From positions 96,001 through 160,000 of the forward strand of contig CAVZIW010000013.1 of the NCBI GenBank assembly GCA_963775465.1: a stretch of DNA of 64,000 nt, given 5' to 3'. Below, in pieces: positions 39,272-50,151 of the stretch. The stretch's first letter is position 1; every line of letters starts with the position of its first letter. The DNA comes from Candidatus Bathyarchaeota archaeon (lineage in GTDB: Archaea > Thermoproteota > Bathyarchaeia > Bathyarchaeales > Bathycorpusculaceae). The notes under the pieces were generated by a model. The model ran no database searches. It worked only from the letters and a program-made list of their open reading frames with translations, and had not been told where the DNA came from. The position numbers and the translations under genes were made by a program.

Positions 39272-39886
39272 ATGCCCTATAAATTTACTTTCGACCTCTC
39301 AAAGGTGCCTCGTTTTTTCTTCACTGAACTTGCGTTGATTACTTACCAAAAGGGCATGCATAAAACCTTCCTGAAAACTGCAAGAGATTTAATTTTAAAG
39401 TTTCGCATTCAAGAAGCAACTGGACTTAACTTGTCTGATGCAGTAGTTTTGCTTCAGGATCTCATCGACTTACAAGCCATTAATACTATAGAAAGAAGGA
39501 AGTTCCTGCAGACTAAAGCAAGAGCACTTTTCCTACCTCATTGCGCGCGCAAATACATGGATTGTCGATGCAAAGCAACATTCAACCCCGAAATCCCTTC
39601 TTACATTTGCTCACATTGTTCAGACGATTGTTTGGTAAACAAAGCTGACCAATACGCTAAAAAGAAGGGGTACGATGTCTACCTTCTGCCGGGTGGATCC
39701 TGTATACCGAAGATTCTAAAGTCGAGTAAGTATGAGGGCATTGTTGGCGTTGCTTGCGGGGAAGAGATGAAGATGCTAAGTCCACTTTTGAGTTGCATGG
39801 ATGTTGCGGGTCAGGGTATACCATTAATTAAAAATGGGTGCGCAAATACTATTTTTAACGTGGAAACACTTGTAAAAGTCCTTTAA
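39272..39886 (+). CDS. DUF116 family protein
   Basis: FLPHC..C..C..C..C, PGGS, GVAC, NGC. Confidence 0.85.
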   Translation: MPYKFTFDLSKVPRFFFTELALITYQKGMHKTFLKTARDLILKFRIQEATGLNLSDAVVLLQDLIDLQAINTIERRKFLQTKARALFLPHCARKYMDCRCKATFNPEIPSYICSHCSDDCLVNKADQYAKKKGYDVYLLPGGSCIPKILKSSKYEGIVGVACGEEMKMLSPLLSCMDVAGQGIPLIKNGCANTIFNVETLVKVL

Positions 39887-40292
39887 ATTCAATCCTTGTT
39901 GTCTTCTCAGTTAGTTCTTGAACTCAAAAAGGTACTAGTCTAATTAAAGCTCATAAAATGAAACTCCCTTACATATCATGACCTCAAAGAAAAAGATCAA
40001 ACACCTAGTAAAAGGCAGATCCTATTCTTTGTCCAAGCCAATCCATTTGATAAGATTAAAATGATGGCAATAAATTAAAACCTCATACAAATTCTAATTT
40101 GTAAAATTAAAGATTCCATCACATTTGTTTCTTTTAACGAGAATTCTTGCCCTAATAGGCCTTTATTGACTCAAGATCCGTCTTTTCCCTTTACGATTAA
40201 GGGATTGTGGTTAGTATTTACCCCTATGAGAGAATGCGTTCTGGTATAGGAGTTGGAATAACATAATGTGTGATGGATAAAAGAAGAGTTAT

Positions 40293-40454
40293 CTACTTCA
40301 CTATTTCTCGCTTCTTCCAACGCAGGTTTTTGCCTTTACATTTTCTGCATTTTAGAGCTGTTTCCGCGTTGCGAGCACCGCAATCTCGACAGATTTTCAT
40401 ATATAGCCTGTGTTTTTGGGCTATAGTTTTCTTTATTGGATCTAATATCGGCAT
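40293..40454 (-). CDS. rpl40e: 50S ribosomal protein L40e
   Basis: MPILDP..KICRDCGARN..KCRKC..LRWKK; not in ORF track. Confidence 0.96.
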   Translation of the reverse strand: MPILDPIKKTIAQKHRLYMKICRDCGARNAETALKCRKCKGKNLRWKKREIVK

Positions 40455-40542
40455 TGATTGTGAACCTTCTATTTTTGTAAGTCTTGATAGTTTAGTATCA
40501 AATATACCTTTTGTCTATATTTGTAAGATAGGTGTTAACTAT

Positions 40543-41010
40543 TTACTTAATTTCCTCAATGGTAACATAAGAACGTGTGTCTTCAATTCCATCAATTGTG
40601 TAGAGCCTCTTGAGAATTTCATCAAGATTTTCTCTTTCCACAATTATTAAGGCGTCCACTTCACCTGCTACGCGGAAAGCTCGAGAAACAGAAAGCTCAT
40701 GAATTTGCTCGTATACGTGAATTCGCTTTATGGGCGAAATTTTGAGCAATATGAATGCAGGTGTGGTAGATACGCCAAGAGCAGTCAAACCTTTCTCTGT
40801 TACGTCGATAAAACCTCTCCCTGTACGGATATAACCACGGTTTTTCAGCTTACGCAAATGTACGTTTAGAGCTTGCCTACTTACGCCAACTTGATTTGAA
40901 AGTTCATCTTGTTTTACCCTTAACGTGTAGGTGTTTGTGGATTTTCCTTTCTCGTAAAGTGTTTTGAGCAGTTGAATCGAGCGTTTCGTTAGTGGTTCCA
41001 AAACAATCAC
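40543..41010 (-). CDS. Lrp/AsnC-like transcriptional regulator
   Basis: wHTH QDELSNQVGVSRQALNVHL; RAM-like C-terminus VAGEVD..IDGIEDTRSY. Confidence 0.85.
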   Translation of the reverse strand: MIVLEPLTKRSIQLLKTLYEKGKSTNTYTLRVKQDELSNQVGVSRQALNVHLRKLKNRGYIRTGRGFIDVTEKGLTALGVSTTPAFILLKISPIKRIHVYEQIHELSVSRAFRVAGEVDALIIVERENLDEILKRLYTIDGIEDTRSYVTIEEIK

Positions 41011-41304
41011 TTTATTTCCATTTTGTTAATGTAAACTTTTACAATAGTAGCTTAACTTGCTTAATAATTTGACTGTTAAAACAATAAGCCTTTAATCCAA
41101 ACAACCTTTTACCCACAAATTAAAACATATCCTATGAAAATTCGAAAAGTGTAAAAAAGCAAAACATATCAAAATTATTGTTTGGCAACAAAAAAAATGG
41201 CAAAATGTTTCCAGCAAGAACACAAAGGTAACACCACAACCTATTTATTCAAAAAAAAAGCTAACACAAACCATTAAAAAGTAAACTAGGAGTGAAGCGG
41301 AACC

Positions 41305-41595
41305 GTGACAGAAACCACCAACGCAGTCTTAATTGGCAAAAAGCCCATAATGAACTATGTTCTTGCATGCATCACCTTCTTCCATGGCGGCGCAAAAGAA
41401 GTCAGTATAAAGGCACGTGGCAGATCTATAAGTAGGGCAATCGACGTAGCAGAAGTTGTTCGTCACAGATTTCTACCTGACGTAAAAATCAAGAACGTCG
41501 GCATCGGGACAGATAAGTTTCTACCGATAGACCGAGAAGAAGTCAACCAAGGGGCAACAAACGTCAGTACAATAGAAATAACGTTGATGAGATAA
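41305..41595 (+). CDS. albA: Chromatin protein Alba
   Basis: [33 protein letters not shown]. Confidence 0.97.
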   Translation: MTETTNAVLIGKKPIMNYVLACITFFHGGAKEVSIKARGRSISRAIDVAEVVRHRFLPDVKIKNVGIGTDKFLPIDREEVNQGATNVSTIEITLMR

Positions 41596-41642
41596 ATCAC
41601 GAACCAAGCCGAACTCCTTCTTTGCAGGAAAACCGACTCTTA

Positions 41643-42152
41643 ATGAAAACAGAACTGTGTAGTTTCTGCCTAAAAAGCGGCATCTTATGCCAAAAATGTT
41701 CCGCCAAAGTAAAAGCTGGCGAAATCAGTAACTTAGACCTGAAAATCGCCCGTTTGCTGCTCAACCTGGAGGAAAAGTTTCCTTCCCTGCAAAACGTCTG
41801 CTTCTATAGAGCAGTCGAGGTTGAAAAGACCTTAGCCATCTTGGTTGGACATGGAGACGTCCCCAAAATTTTAGGTTATGGAGGTAAAATCGTCAAAACC
41901 CTCAGTGACGAGACTCGTAAAAACATCCGGGTTTTGGAGCACGGTGTAGACGACCGTAAATTCCTCGAAGACCTATTTGTACCCTTTAGCATTCTCACGA
42001 TCAACACAATTTGGCTTCCTGATGGCACCACCGAAACAAGAGTGATCCTGAAAAGGAAACGTGGAACACAATTGCCAATGGATCTAAAAGCGCTAAAGGA
42101 AATCGCAAATAAAGTACGCAAAATGTCTTTGCGCGTTGAAATTGCAGATTAA
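41643..42152 (+). CDS. Archaeal NusA-like KH protein with N-terminal Cys cluster
   Basis: CSFCLKSGILCQKC; KH-like GYGG; NTIWLPDG; alba-nusA-aspS order. Confidence 0.85.
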   Translation: MKTELCSFCLKSGILCQKCSAKVKAGEISNLDLKIARLLLNLEEKFPSLQNVCFYRAVEVEKTLAILVGHGDVPKILGYGGKIVKTLSDETRKNIRVLEHGVDDRKFLEDLFVPFSILTINTIWLPDGTTETRVILKRKRGTQLPMDLKALKEIANKVRKMSLRVEIAD

Positions 42153-42168
42153 GGTTGGCGAAAGAAGC

Positions 42169-43488
42169 ATGGATTTGGACTCTATCGGTGAATGGATTAG
42201 GACACATTATACTATTGCAATTACCCAAGACTTTGATGGACAAGAAGTAACATTATTTGGCTGGGTCCAAGACATCCGCGACTTAGGCGGTATCCGATTT
42301 GTCATTCTGCAGGACCGTGAAGGCACTATCCAACTAACTATCTTTAAAAAGAAATGCCAACCTGAAGTTTTGGAAAAAACAACCCAGCTACAGAAAAGAT
42401 TCTGCATTGCCGTCAAAGGAAACGTTAAGAAAACTACCATGACTCCAAGAGGCGTAGAAGTCATCCCGAGCGAAGTAAAAATATTGAGTACAGCAACCGA
42501 ACAATTACCAATAGACATCACTGGGAAAACGCCAGCCAACATCGAAGCACGCTTAGACGCAAGACCAATTGATCTAACAATCGAGCAGAATCTTGCGACT
42601 TTTAAGATCCAACACGTCGCTCTACAAGCAATCCGTAGCTATCTCTTCGAACAAGGTTTTTTGGAGACACACACCCCCAGAATCATTGCTTCTGCAACGG
42701 AAGGCGGAGCAGAGCTGTTTTGCGTCGATTATTTTGGTCAAAAAGCATATCTTGCCCAAAGCCCGCAACTGTACAAAGAAGAGTTGACACTCAGTTTCGA
42801 AAAAGTATTTGAAGTGGGACCGTTTTTTCGAGCTGAAGAATCCCACACAAGAAGACACCTTAGCGAGTTTACGTCGGTTGATATAGAGCAGGCTTTCGCT
42901 GATGGTAAAGATGTGATGAGACTGCTAGAACAAGTCATCCATTATGCATGTGTTGTTGTTAAAGAGAAATGTGAATTTGAGCTTTCTGCACTTGGCTACA
43001 ATTTTGAAGTACCCAAATGCCCATTCAAACGCTTGACCTATAACCAAGTCCTAAATGATCTAAAAAAGCAAGGCGTAACTATTCCATGGGGAGAAGATAT
43101 CCCAACCGAAGCTTTCCGCGAACTGGGTAAACTGTACCCCTACTTCTACTTCATAACTGAGTGGCCTACAAATATCAAAGCATTCTACATTAAACCTCGC
43201 CAAGACAAAGCTGAGGTGTGCGAAGGTTTCGATTTAATGTGGCGCTATATCGAATTGGTATCGGGTGGAACAAGAATTTCCGATAAACAGCAATTAATTC
43301 AACGTCTCCAGGAAAAGGGCTTAAAACCTGAATCCTTCAAGTGCCACTTACAAGCATACGATTATGGTATGCCACCGCATGCTGGTTGGGCAATTGGACT
43401 TGAGCGACTCACAATGATTTTAACTGGCAAAAAGAACATTCGCGAGGCAACACTTTACCCACGAGACAGAGTGCGTCTTACCCCCTAA
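42169..43488 (+). CDS. aspS: Aspartyl-tRNA synthetase, probably non-discriminating (Asp/Asn)
   Basis: OB fold GWVQDIRDLG, EGGAELF, QSPQLYK, GMPPHAG..GLER; Pro in TPRG loop as in ND enzymes. Confidence 0.95.
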   Translation: MDLDSIGEWIRTHYTIAITQDFDGQEVTLFGWVQDIRDLGGIRFVILQDREGTIQLTIFKKKCQPEVLEKTTQLQKRFCIAVKGNVKKTTMTPRGVEVIPSEVKILSTATEQLPIDITGKTPANIEARLDARPIDLTIEQNLATFKIQHVALQAIRSYLFEQGFLETHTPRIIASATEGGAELFCVDYFGQKAYLAQSPQLYKEELTLSFEKVFEVGPFFRAEESHTRRHLSEFTSVDIEQAFADGKDVMRLLEQVIHYACVVVKEKCEFELSALGYNFEVPKCPFKRLTYNQVLNDLKKQGVTIPWGEDIPTEAFRELGKLYPYFYFITEWPTNIKAFYIKPRQDKAEVCEGFDLMWRYIELVSGGTRISDKQQLIQRLQEKGLKPESFKCHLQAYDYGMPPHAGWAIGLERLTMILTGKKNIREATLYPRDRVRLTP

Positions 43489-43534
43489 GCAAAAAAACTA
43501 GCTAACCCGCTATATCCTTTTCACAGAATAAAGA

Positions 43535-44998
43535 TCATGGCATTAGGTTATTTCTACTTTGTTGGAACAGCTCTGATATAAAGTCTTTAACTGTTTTCTG
43601 GTTTTTTTTGGCGATTCTTTTCACCGCATCATTAATTCCTGTAGAGTACTGAACAGCTTTTTTAGGTTTATCTGCTATCGATTTTGGCAAACCAATGTTT
43701 AGAGCAACCTTTCTTAATACAAGCTTTCGTAGCGTATTTGACTTCTGCTCCATCTTACAATTCAAAGGCAAACTCATTGCGAACTGCGCAAGCGTATACA
43801 TAGCAAATGGCAAACGTAACTCCACATCAAAAGCGCCCATAATTTTTAGATCCCTTTCAAGGTTACTTTCATAAATGTTCATAACATCGTTGAACATGGT
43901 TTTCTGAACGTTTAAATTTCCTTCCCGGCAGTATTCGTTGACATAACGCTGGTAGCCGGCAAACAACTCATCAGCACCCTGCCCAGCCAACACAACGTTA
44001 AAGCCTGCCTCAGAAGCTTTTTCCGCGGTCCAATAAAACGGCACCCCAATACTAGCTTTAATGGGATCAGGCTCTTCAATTAACTCGACAACTTTGGGTA
44101 AGGTTTTCTCCACGTCAGATTCTTTAAATAAATCAATTTGAAGCGGTAAATTCAAAGCTTCAGCAGCTACTATAGCTTCTTCAGTTTCTGGTTGATTTTC
44201 CATACTCACATGAATCAAATTGACTTTCGCGCCAAGTTTGTTTGCCAAAAAAGACACAACACCACTATCTAATCCTCCGGAAAATGCGACTGCAACTTTT
44301 TTTAACTCAAACACTCTTCGTTTGATTGATTCTTCAAGAAGGGCCTGTAGTTTAATTGCAGCTTCATCAATTGACAAACGTTGAGGATCTGGGTAAGTCA
44401 AGGTTCTGCCTGGTTTGAACTTGAATCCTTCTTTTTGGGCAACCCCTAAATTTCCGGGTGGAAAAGATAGTGGTTTTTCGATTCCGAGTTCCCACAGAGG
44501 TTTGCGTCTTGTGGAGAAAGCGACGATTTCTTCGTTTTCACCATAGTAAAAAGGTTGAACTCCTATTGGGTCACGTCCAGCGGTAATCCGACCTTCTTTG
44601 AGAAGTAGGAATGAATAATCACCATCAGTTTGCTGGATTAGGTTTTGTAGAAGTGTTTCACAATGATGCGGTTGCTTGAGTAACTGTTCAGTGACTCCTG
44701 ATTTTGACAGTGGAGAATAAACGCTACCTTCAAAGAAAAGGGAACTATCTTCCAATTGAAGAAAATCGTAACCAATTGTCTCTTTTGACTGAGTGCTTGC
44801 GAATCCCGACAGCGTTGACCAATTCCCGCTTTGCTTACTTAGCAAAGCAACGCTTTTGTCAAAAATGCTCTTTTTAGGTGCAACTAAACCAAAATAGAGA
44901 GGTACTCCAAGATCAAACGATTTCAGAACATCCAAAACTTTACCTGTAACACTTTTGCCATCTTTGCTTAATACAGCAACTGTAACTTTCATAGCCAA
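43535..44998 (-). CDS. asnB: Asparagine synthetase-like protein lacking the N-terminal catalytic Cys
   Basis: RDPIGVQP, AFSGGLDS, GQGADELFAGY, ELRLPF, KKAVQY. Confidence 0.8.
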   Translation of the reverse strand: MAMKVTVAVLSKDGKSVTGKVLDVLKSFDLGVPLYFGLVAPKKSIFDKSVALLSKQSGNWSTLSGFASTQSKETIGYDFLQLEDSSLFFEGSVYSPLSKSGVTEQLLKQPHHCETLLQNLIQQTDGDYSFLLLKEGRITAGRDPIGVQPFYYGENEEIVAFSTRRKPLWELGIEKPLSFPPGNLGVAQKEGFKFKPGRTLTYPDPQRLSIDEAAIKLQALLEESIKRRVFELKKVAVAFSGGLDSGVVSFLANKLGAKVNLIHVSMENQPETEEAIVAAEALNLPLQIDLFKESDVEKTLPKVVELIEEPDPIKASIGVPFYWTAEKASEAGFNVVLAGQGADELFAGYQRYVNEYCREGNLNVQKTMFNDVMNIYESNLERDLKIMGAFDVELRLPFAMYTLAQFAMSLPLNCKMEQKSNTLRKLVLRKVALNIGLPKSIADKPKKAVQYSTGINDAVKRIAKKNQKTVKDFISELFQQSRNNLMP

Positions 44999-45078
44999 AT
45001 CACTCTGAACTGTATGTTTTGCTACTCATCGGTAAAACATTAATCTTTAATCTGCATAACCTTGTTTGAGGAATCTCT

Positions 45079-46416
45079 ATGCCAATCACACCCATAGACA
45101 CTGGCCGATACGGAACGCCAGAAATGCTCAAGATATTTGAGGAAGAAATGCGCCTTCAAAAGTTACTTGATGTGGAAGCAGCCCTTGCTTTAGCTCATTC
45201 TCAAGTAGGTAATATACCTAAAAAGGATGCAGAAATAATAGCTGAAAAAGCATCCACTAAATATGTGAGAGTTGAACGTGTCAAGATCATTGAGAAAGAT
45301 ATCAAGCACGATATTGCCTCGTTGGTTCGAGCGCTCTCTGAAGTCTGTGGTAGAAGCGGTGCCTTTGTGCACCTAGGAGCTACAAGCTACGACATCGTCG
45401 ATACAGCCAACGCCCTGCAACTAAAAGACGCGATAGCAGTTTTAGAGAAGAGACTCGAAGAGTTTAAGGTGATTCTACGAGGGCAAGCCGCCAAACATAA
45501 AAACACAGTCATGATTGGCAGAACCCACGGCCAACACGCTTTACCTATAACACTCGGATTCAAATTTGCAGTTTGGGGATACGAAGTTAATAGACACCTT
45601 GAACGCCTAAAAGAATGCAAGAAAAGAGTTTTAGCTGGAAAAGTCAGCGGCGCAGTCGGAACCCAAGCAGGTTTAGGTGAACATGCAGAGCAAATTCAAA
45701 CGCTCGTAATGAAACGCTTAGGATTGTCGACAGCTGAAATTTCAACCCAGATCGTTCAGCGTGACCGCTATGCAGAGTTAATAGGCATATATGCCATGGT
45801 TTCTTCCTCGCTGGAAAACTTTGCAACCGAAATCCGCGAACTACAACGCCCAGAAATCGGCGAACTATTTGAATCCTTTGAAACGGAAAAACAAGTGGGC
45901 AGTTCCACAATGCCTCACAAACAGAACCCTGAAAAATGCGAGCGGGTATGCGGATTAGCTCGGATTGTTCGAAGCCTCATCACTCCAGCACTTGAGGACA
46001 TGATTACTTGGCACGAACGCGATCTCTCGCAGTCTTCAGCTGAGCGGTTCATTCTACCTGAATCTTCAATACTGCTTGATTATATCCTCAGCCTTATGTG
46101 TAATATCGTTGCTAACCTGCGTGTAGACAATGAACGAATGGTCCAAAACTTTTCGCTGACTGAAGGACGCGCAATGTCAGAATCAGTTATGATGGCACTA
46201 ACTAAAAAAGCAATGAACCGACAAGAAGCCCACGAACTCTTAAGACAATTAACAATTAAAAGCGCAGTCGAAAAGAAATCATTTAAGCAAGTCCTAGTCG
46301 AAAATAAACTTGTGGGCAGCAAGCTAACTGAAGAAGAAATCAATCAAGCTTTAGACCCGAAGAACTATTTGGGCACGGCAGTTAAACAGGCAGAAAAATT
46401 CGCCAAAAGCACCTAA
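45079..46416 (+). CDS. purB: Adenylosuccinate lyase
   Basis: HLGATSYD, GRTHGQHA, GSSTMPHKQNP. Confidence 0.97.
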   Translation: MPITPIDTGRYGTPEMLKIFEEEMRLQKLLDVEAALALAHSQVGNIPKKDAEIIAEKASTKYVRVERVKIIEKDIKHDIASLVRALSEVCGRSGAFVHLGATSYDIVDTANALQLKDAIAVLEKRLEEFKVILRGQAAKHKNTVMIGRTHGQHALPITLGFKFAVWGYEVNRHLERLKECKKRVLAGKVSGAVGTQAGLGEHAEQIQTLVMKRLGLSTAEISTQIVQRDRYAELIGIYAMVSSSLENFATEIRELQRPEIGELFESFETEKQVGSSTMPHKQNPEKCERVCGLARIVRSLITPALEDMITWHERDLSQSSAERFILPESSILLDYILSLMCNIVANLRVDNERMVQNFSLTEGRAMSESVMMALTKKAMNRQEAHELLRQLTIKSAVEKKSFKQVLVENKLVGSKLTEEEINQALDPKNYLGTAVKQAEKFAKST

Positions 46417-48686
46417 AAATCAAAAAGTCCTTTTTGTTCGGTTTCTTCCGCTTTTCCTAAATTCTCCCAGGTTTCCTTGTTGACAAAACCTCCGACTTGC
46501 TCCTTTATTTTTTTAGCTAACCGTGGACCCACAGAAGGCAAATTGGTTAATTCTTCTATGGAGGCGTGTTTGAGGTCTTCTATTGTTCGGTATCCAGCGT
46601 TGAATATGATGCGCCCTCGGACTCTGCCCACGCCTTCCAATGCCACGATAGGCAAGAGCTCGCGCTTTATACCTTTAGAAACCCTCTCAACTAACTCGTG
46701 ACTTAGAACTGAAACCTCTTTATTTTTGGAAACCACAGGCGAAAGTTCCTCTATGGCATGCAATAACCACTTCGCGTTTTCAATAGTGCGGTACAAGTCG
46801 CCGGGTTGAACATTGAAGCGTTCGATGATTTTTTCTTCCGGCAACTCTTCTATCCAGTTGTTCATAACCATAGCGGTTTTAATTTCACCCAAAAAATCCG
46901 CATAACCAATATGATCGCCCCATTGGTCAGGGATTTCCACGAAAAGCTCTTGTTTATGGTCCTCGGTGATTATGGCTAACTTGTCCATTTCACGTTGGTA
47001 AGGGCGTAAAACAGGACCCATGTCGGGAGTATGCGAAATCAGATGTAGCAAACTGAATTCAGTCAGTATCGACGGCTTGCTTTGCAAGGCATCCCGAATT
47101 ATGACTCCTGAAAGGGGGTCGATGTAGAGTTCGCTAATCCGTTTGCCAAACTTGGTAGCTAAAATGTTGTCCCCCACAACACAAATCATCTCTTCATCGT
47201 GGAGGAACCTAAGGATTTTGTTAATTACATTTTTAATTGCTTTTACATCGTACTGGTATGCGTAGAATGTTTTGCCGAAAAATTCGTAGATTCCCTGCTC
47301 AGTGTGGGCAAAATCTGAGGCAACCGTAGCTAAAACGTGTCCACGCATAATTTTCTCAACTGCCAGCCTTGACCAAATCCGCTCGGTTTTCGCGAGAACG
47401 TAGCTTTCCATAAGGTAGTCGGCTTCATCTGCTGTTTTAGCAATTAGCACAGATTCGCCGAATTTGTCATATTTTGGTCGCCCCGCGCGCCCGGCCATCT
47501 GTTTGTAATCCAAAACGCTTATGGGATAGTTGCCGTATCCAGCCTCAAAACGTCGATAATCTTGGATGATGACGATTCTGGCAGGAAGATTAACGCCCCA
47601 GGCAAGCGTGGGTGTTGCGGTTAAAACTTTTATTTTTCTTTCTTTAAAAGCGTTTTCGATAATTTTGCGGTAAGCCCCCGGCAACCCAGCATGGTGATAG
47701 GCTGTAGCGCACCTGATTAATTCGGCAAGTTCCTCGCTCATCCCTGTACGTTCACCTGCATCGAGAATTTTTTTTGCTTCTTTATTCAAAACTGCTTTAG
47801 TTTGCTCTTCCAATGAACGTTTGACAAGTTTGGAGCCTGATTTGGGGAAGAGGGCCTTGCCCATGTGACTTGCAACGGTTTTTGCGGCTGAAACTGCATT
47901 ACGTCGGGTCGAAGAAAAAATCAACGCTTGTCCGCCATCCTTAAGCGTGTTCAAAACTAAGTTAACGAAGGCTTGACGAGTCTTTTGCTCAATTTTTTTT
48001 GAGTCGCCATCCTTGTACTGGATTTCATCGAGTAAGATTACACCTTCTTTAAGGTTAATTGGTCGCCATTCGGTAAGGATGTACTTGGCGTTTAGCCATC
48101 CTGCAATTTCATCCACATTGTTGACAGTTGCACTTAGGGCTAATATTTGGATGTGAGGGTTAACCTGCACAAGCCTTGCTAAAACAATTTCTAGGGTCGG
48201 TCCGCGTTCTGCTTCATTTAAAAGGTGAATTTCGTCTGCGATTACTAGTGAAATGCTGTCGAGCCATTTGGCGCGGTGCCGCAATAATGAATCAGCTTTC
48301 TCGTTTGTTGTTATTATAATGTCGAAACGTTCCAGCCAGTTGTCAGCAGCATCAAAATCGCCTGTGCTTATACCTACACTTACATTTTTGCCGTTGTCCT
48401 TTCTGATTGAAGTGTATTTTTGGAAGTCCTCAAACTTTTCACTTGCTAAAGCTCGAAGGGGTGACAAATAAATGACTTTACCATGTTTTTCGAGCACACT
48501 TTTAAGAGCGCAGAGCTCCGCAATCAGAGTTTTTCCAGAAGCTGTTGGGGACGCAAGAACTATGTTTTGTCCCTCCAAAGCACCTGCCTTAATGGTATCT
48601 TCTTGGGGAGGAAACAACTCGACTATACCTAGAACTTCCAGTACATCTTTGACGGGTTGAGGTATTAATAGTTCTGCGATTTTCAT
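46413..48686 (-). CDS. hel308: Ski2-like DNA helicase Hel308/Hjm
   Basis: PTASGKT, DEIH, SAT, QMAGRAGRP, HhH; C-terminal PIP-like QKGLFDF. Confidence 0.96.
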   Translation of the reverse strand: MKIAELLIPQPVKDVLEVLGIVELFPPQEDTIKAGALEGQNIVLASPTASGKTLIAELCALKSVLEKHGKVIYLSPLRALASEKFEDFQKYTSIRKDNGKNVSVGISTGDFDAADNWLERFDIIITTNEKADSLLRHRAKWLDSISLVIADEIHLLNEAERGPTLEIVLARLVQVNPHIQILALSATVNNVDEIAGWLNAKYILTEWRPINLKEGVILLDEIQYKDGDSKKIEQKTRQAFVNLVLNTLKDGGQALIFSSTRRNAVSAAKTVASHMGKALFPKSGSKLVKRSLEEQTKAVLNKEAKKILDAGERTGMSEELAELIRCATAYHHAGLPGAYRKIIENAFKERKIKVLTATPTLAWGVNLPARIVIIQDYRRFEAGYGNYPISVLDYKQMAGRAGRPKYDKFGESVLIAKTADEADYLMESYVLAKTERIWSRLAVEKIMRGHVLATVASDFAHTEQGIYEFFGKTFYAYQYDVKAIKNVINKILRFLHDEEMICVVGDNILATKFGKRISELYIDPLSGVIIRDALQSKPSILTEFSLLHLISHTPDMGPVLRPYQREMDKLAIITEDHKQELFVEIPDQWGDHIGYADFLGEIKTAMVMNNWIEELPEEKIIERFNVQPGDLYRTIENAKWLLHAIEELSPVVSKNKEVSVLSHELVERVSKGIKRELLPIVALEGVGRVRGRIIFNAGYRTIEDLKHASIEELTNLPSVGPRLAKKIKEQVGGFVNKETWENLGKAEETEQKGLFDF

Positions 48687-48927
48687 GTTTTCCCTACTAT
48701 ATATAAAGTGATATTGTCTATGAGTTTGGGTGGGTTATTAGTGTTTATTTTAAGTTCAAGGGTTTGGTTTTTTTAATATCGCATATTCTGGGATAATGCC
48801 TGAACTCGAACTCACATCAAAACAACATTCTCCAGTAGCTCGGCTCTGTGAGGTTACGTTTTTTTAGTTGAAATTGCATTAGCAGTATAACGAGTTATCT
48901 GTTCCAAAATTTATGGTAGGATATTGA

Positions 48928-50151
48928 ATGGTTGAAAACGTAAAAGAACTCCTCAAACTCCATGAAGGAATAACACATGAAGTTTACTTAGACAACGAAA
49001 ACAGCAGCATCGTACCCAAAGAAGTTGTCGAAGCAATGATACCCTACTACAACAAGGTAGCATATGGTAACCCAACACTCACTCACAAACCCGGTTGGGA
49101 AGCCTTTGAAGTTATCATGAACAGCTTCCAAAAAATCGCAAATTTTATGGGAGCAAAAATCCTCGAAGAGATCACCTTTACACCTAGCGAAACCGAAGCC
49201 AACAATTTAGCAATTATGGGGTCATGCTTTGCACAGAAAACCAAAGGAAAAAAAATAATTATTTCAGAAATCGAACCCATCAACGTCTTGCAAGTAGCAG
49301 AGATGATGGAAAAGTTTGGTTTTTCAACCACCAAAATTCCGGTTAATCAGGAAGGCTTTGTCGACTTAGAGAAGCTAAAAGAAGCTGTCGACAACGAAAC
49401 AATCCTTGTCAGCATCTCATCCGTGAATAACGAGTTGGGTACAATTCAACCAATCAAAGAAGCAGTCGACATTGTTAAATCCAAAAATCCACAAACTCTT
49501 TTCCACACTGACGCATCAGATGCCTACGGTAGAATACCTTTCAACGCACAAAAATTAAATGTAGATTTAGCTACTGTTGGGAGTTACAAGATTCAAGGTC
49601 CAAGAGGCATGGGGGCCATGTATTTGCGGGAGGGTATAAACATGGAGCGTATACTCGAAGGACAAATTGGAACCCAAAAATTGTGGCCAGGTGTGGAAAA
49701 CACTCCTTTAATTGTTGGCTTTACTAAAGCCTCAGAGCTTGCTTTTGAGAACTTTAATGGTAACATCATGAAAATGCGTACGCTACGCGATAAGCTTGTT
49801 GACGGTATATTCAATGAACTTGATGATTTGCGCTTCAATGGCCCAACAGGCGAAAAAAGAAGCCCTGACAACGCAAACATTAGCATCCTACGTTGCGAAG
49901 GTGAAGCTTTAACCATCGAGCTAAGCTTGAAAGGCATATACGTATCCAGTGGAAGTGCATGCAGCCGAAGATTACTCCAACCCAGTCACGTCTTAGTTGC
50001 AATTGGAAGAAGATTCAGTGAAGCTCATGGAAGCATTCTAATGAAAACGACACGGTCACATACAGAAGAGGATATAGCTTACGTTTTAGAAGTTTTACCT
50101 ACAGCGGTTAAACGAATAAGAGGAATAGTAGGCTCAACAGGAACCGATTGA
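48928..50151 (+). CDS. iscS: IscS-type cysteine desulfurase homolog (divergent)
   Basis: YLDN, NNELGTIQP, YKIQGPRG, SSGSACS, PSHVL. Confidence 0.85.
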   Translation: MVENVKELLKLHEGITHEVYLDNENSSIVPKEVVEAMIPYYNKVAYGNPTLTHKPGWEAFEVIMNSFQKIANFMGAKILEEITFTPSETEANNLAIMGSCFAQKTKGKKIIISEIEPINVLQVAEMMEKFGFSTTKIPVNQEGFVDLEKLKEAVDNETILVSISSVNNELGTIQPIKEAVDIVKSKNPQTLFHTDASDAYGRIPFNAQKLNVDLATVGSYKIQGPRGMGAMYLREGINMERILEGQIGTQKLWPGVENTPLIVGFTKASELAFENFNGNIMKMRTLRDKLVDGIFNELDDLRFNGPTGEKRSPDNANISILRCEGEALTIELSLKGIYVSSGSACSRRLLQPSHVLVAIGRRFSEAHGSILMKTTRSHTEEDIAYVLEVLPTAVKRIRGIVGSTGTD

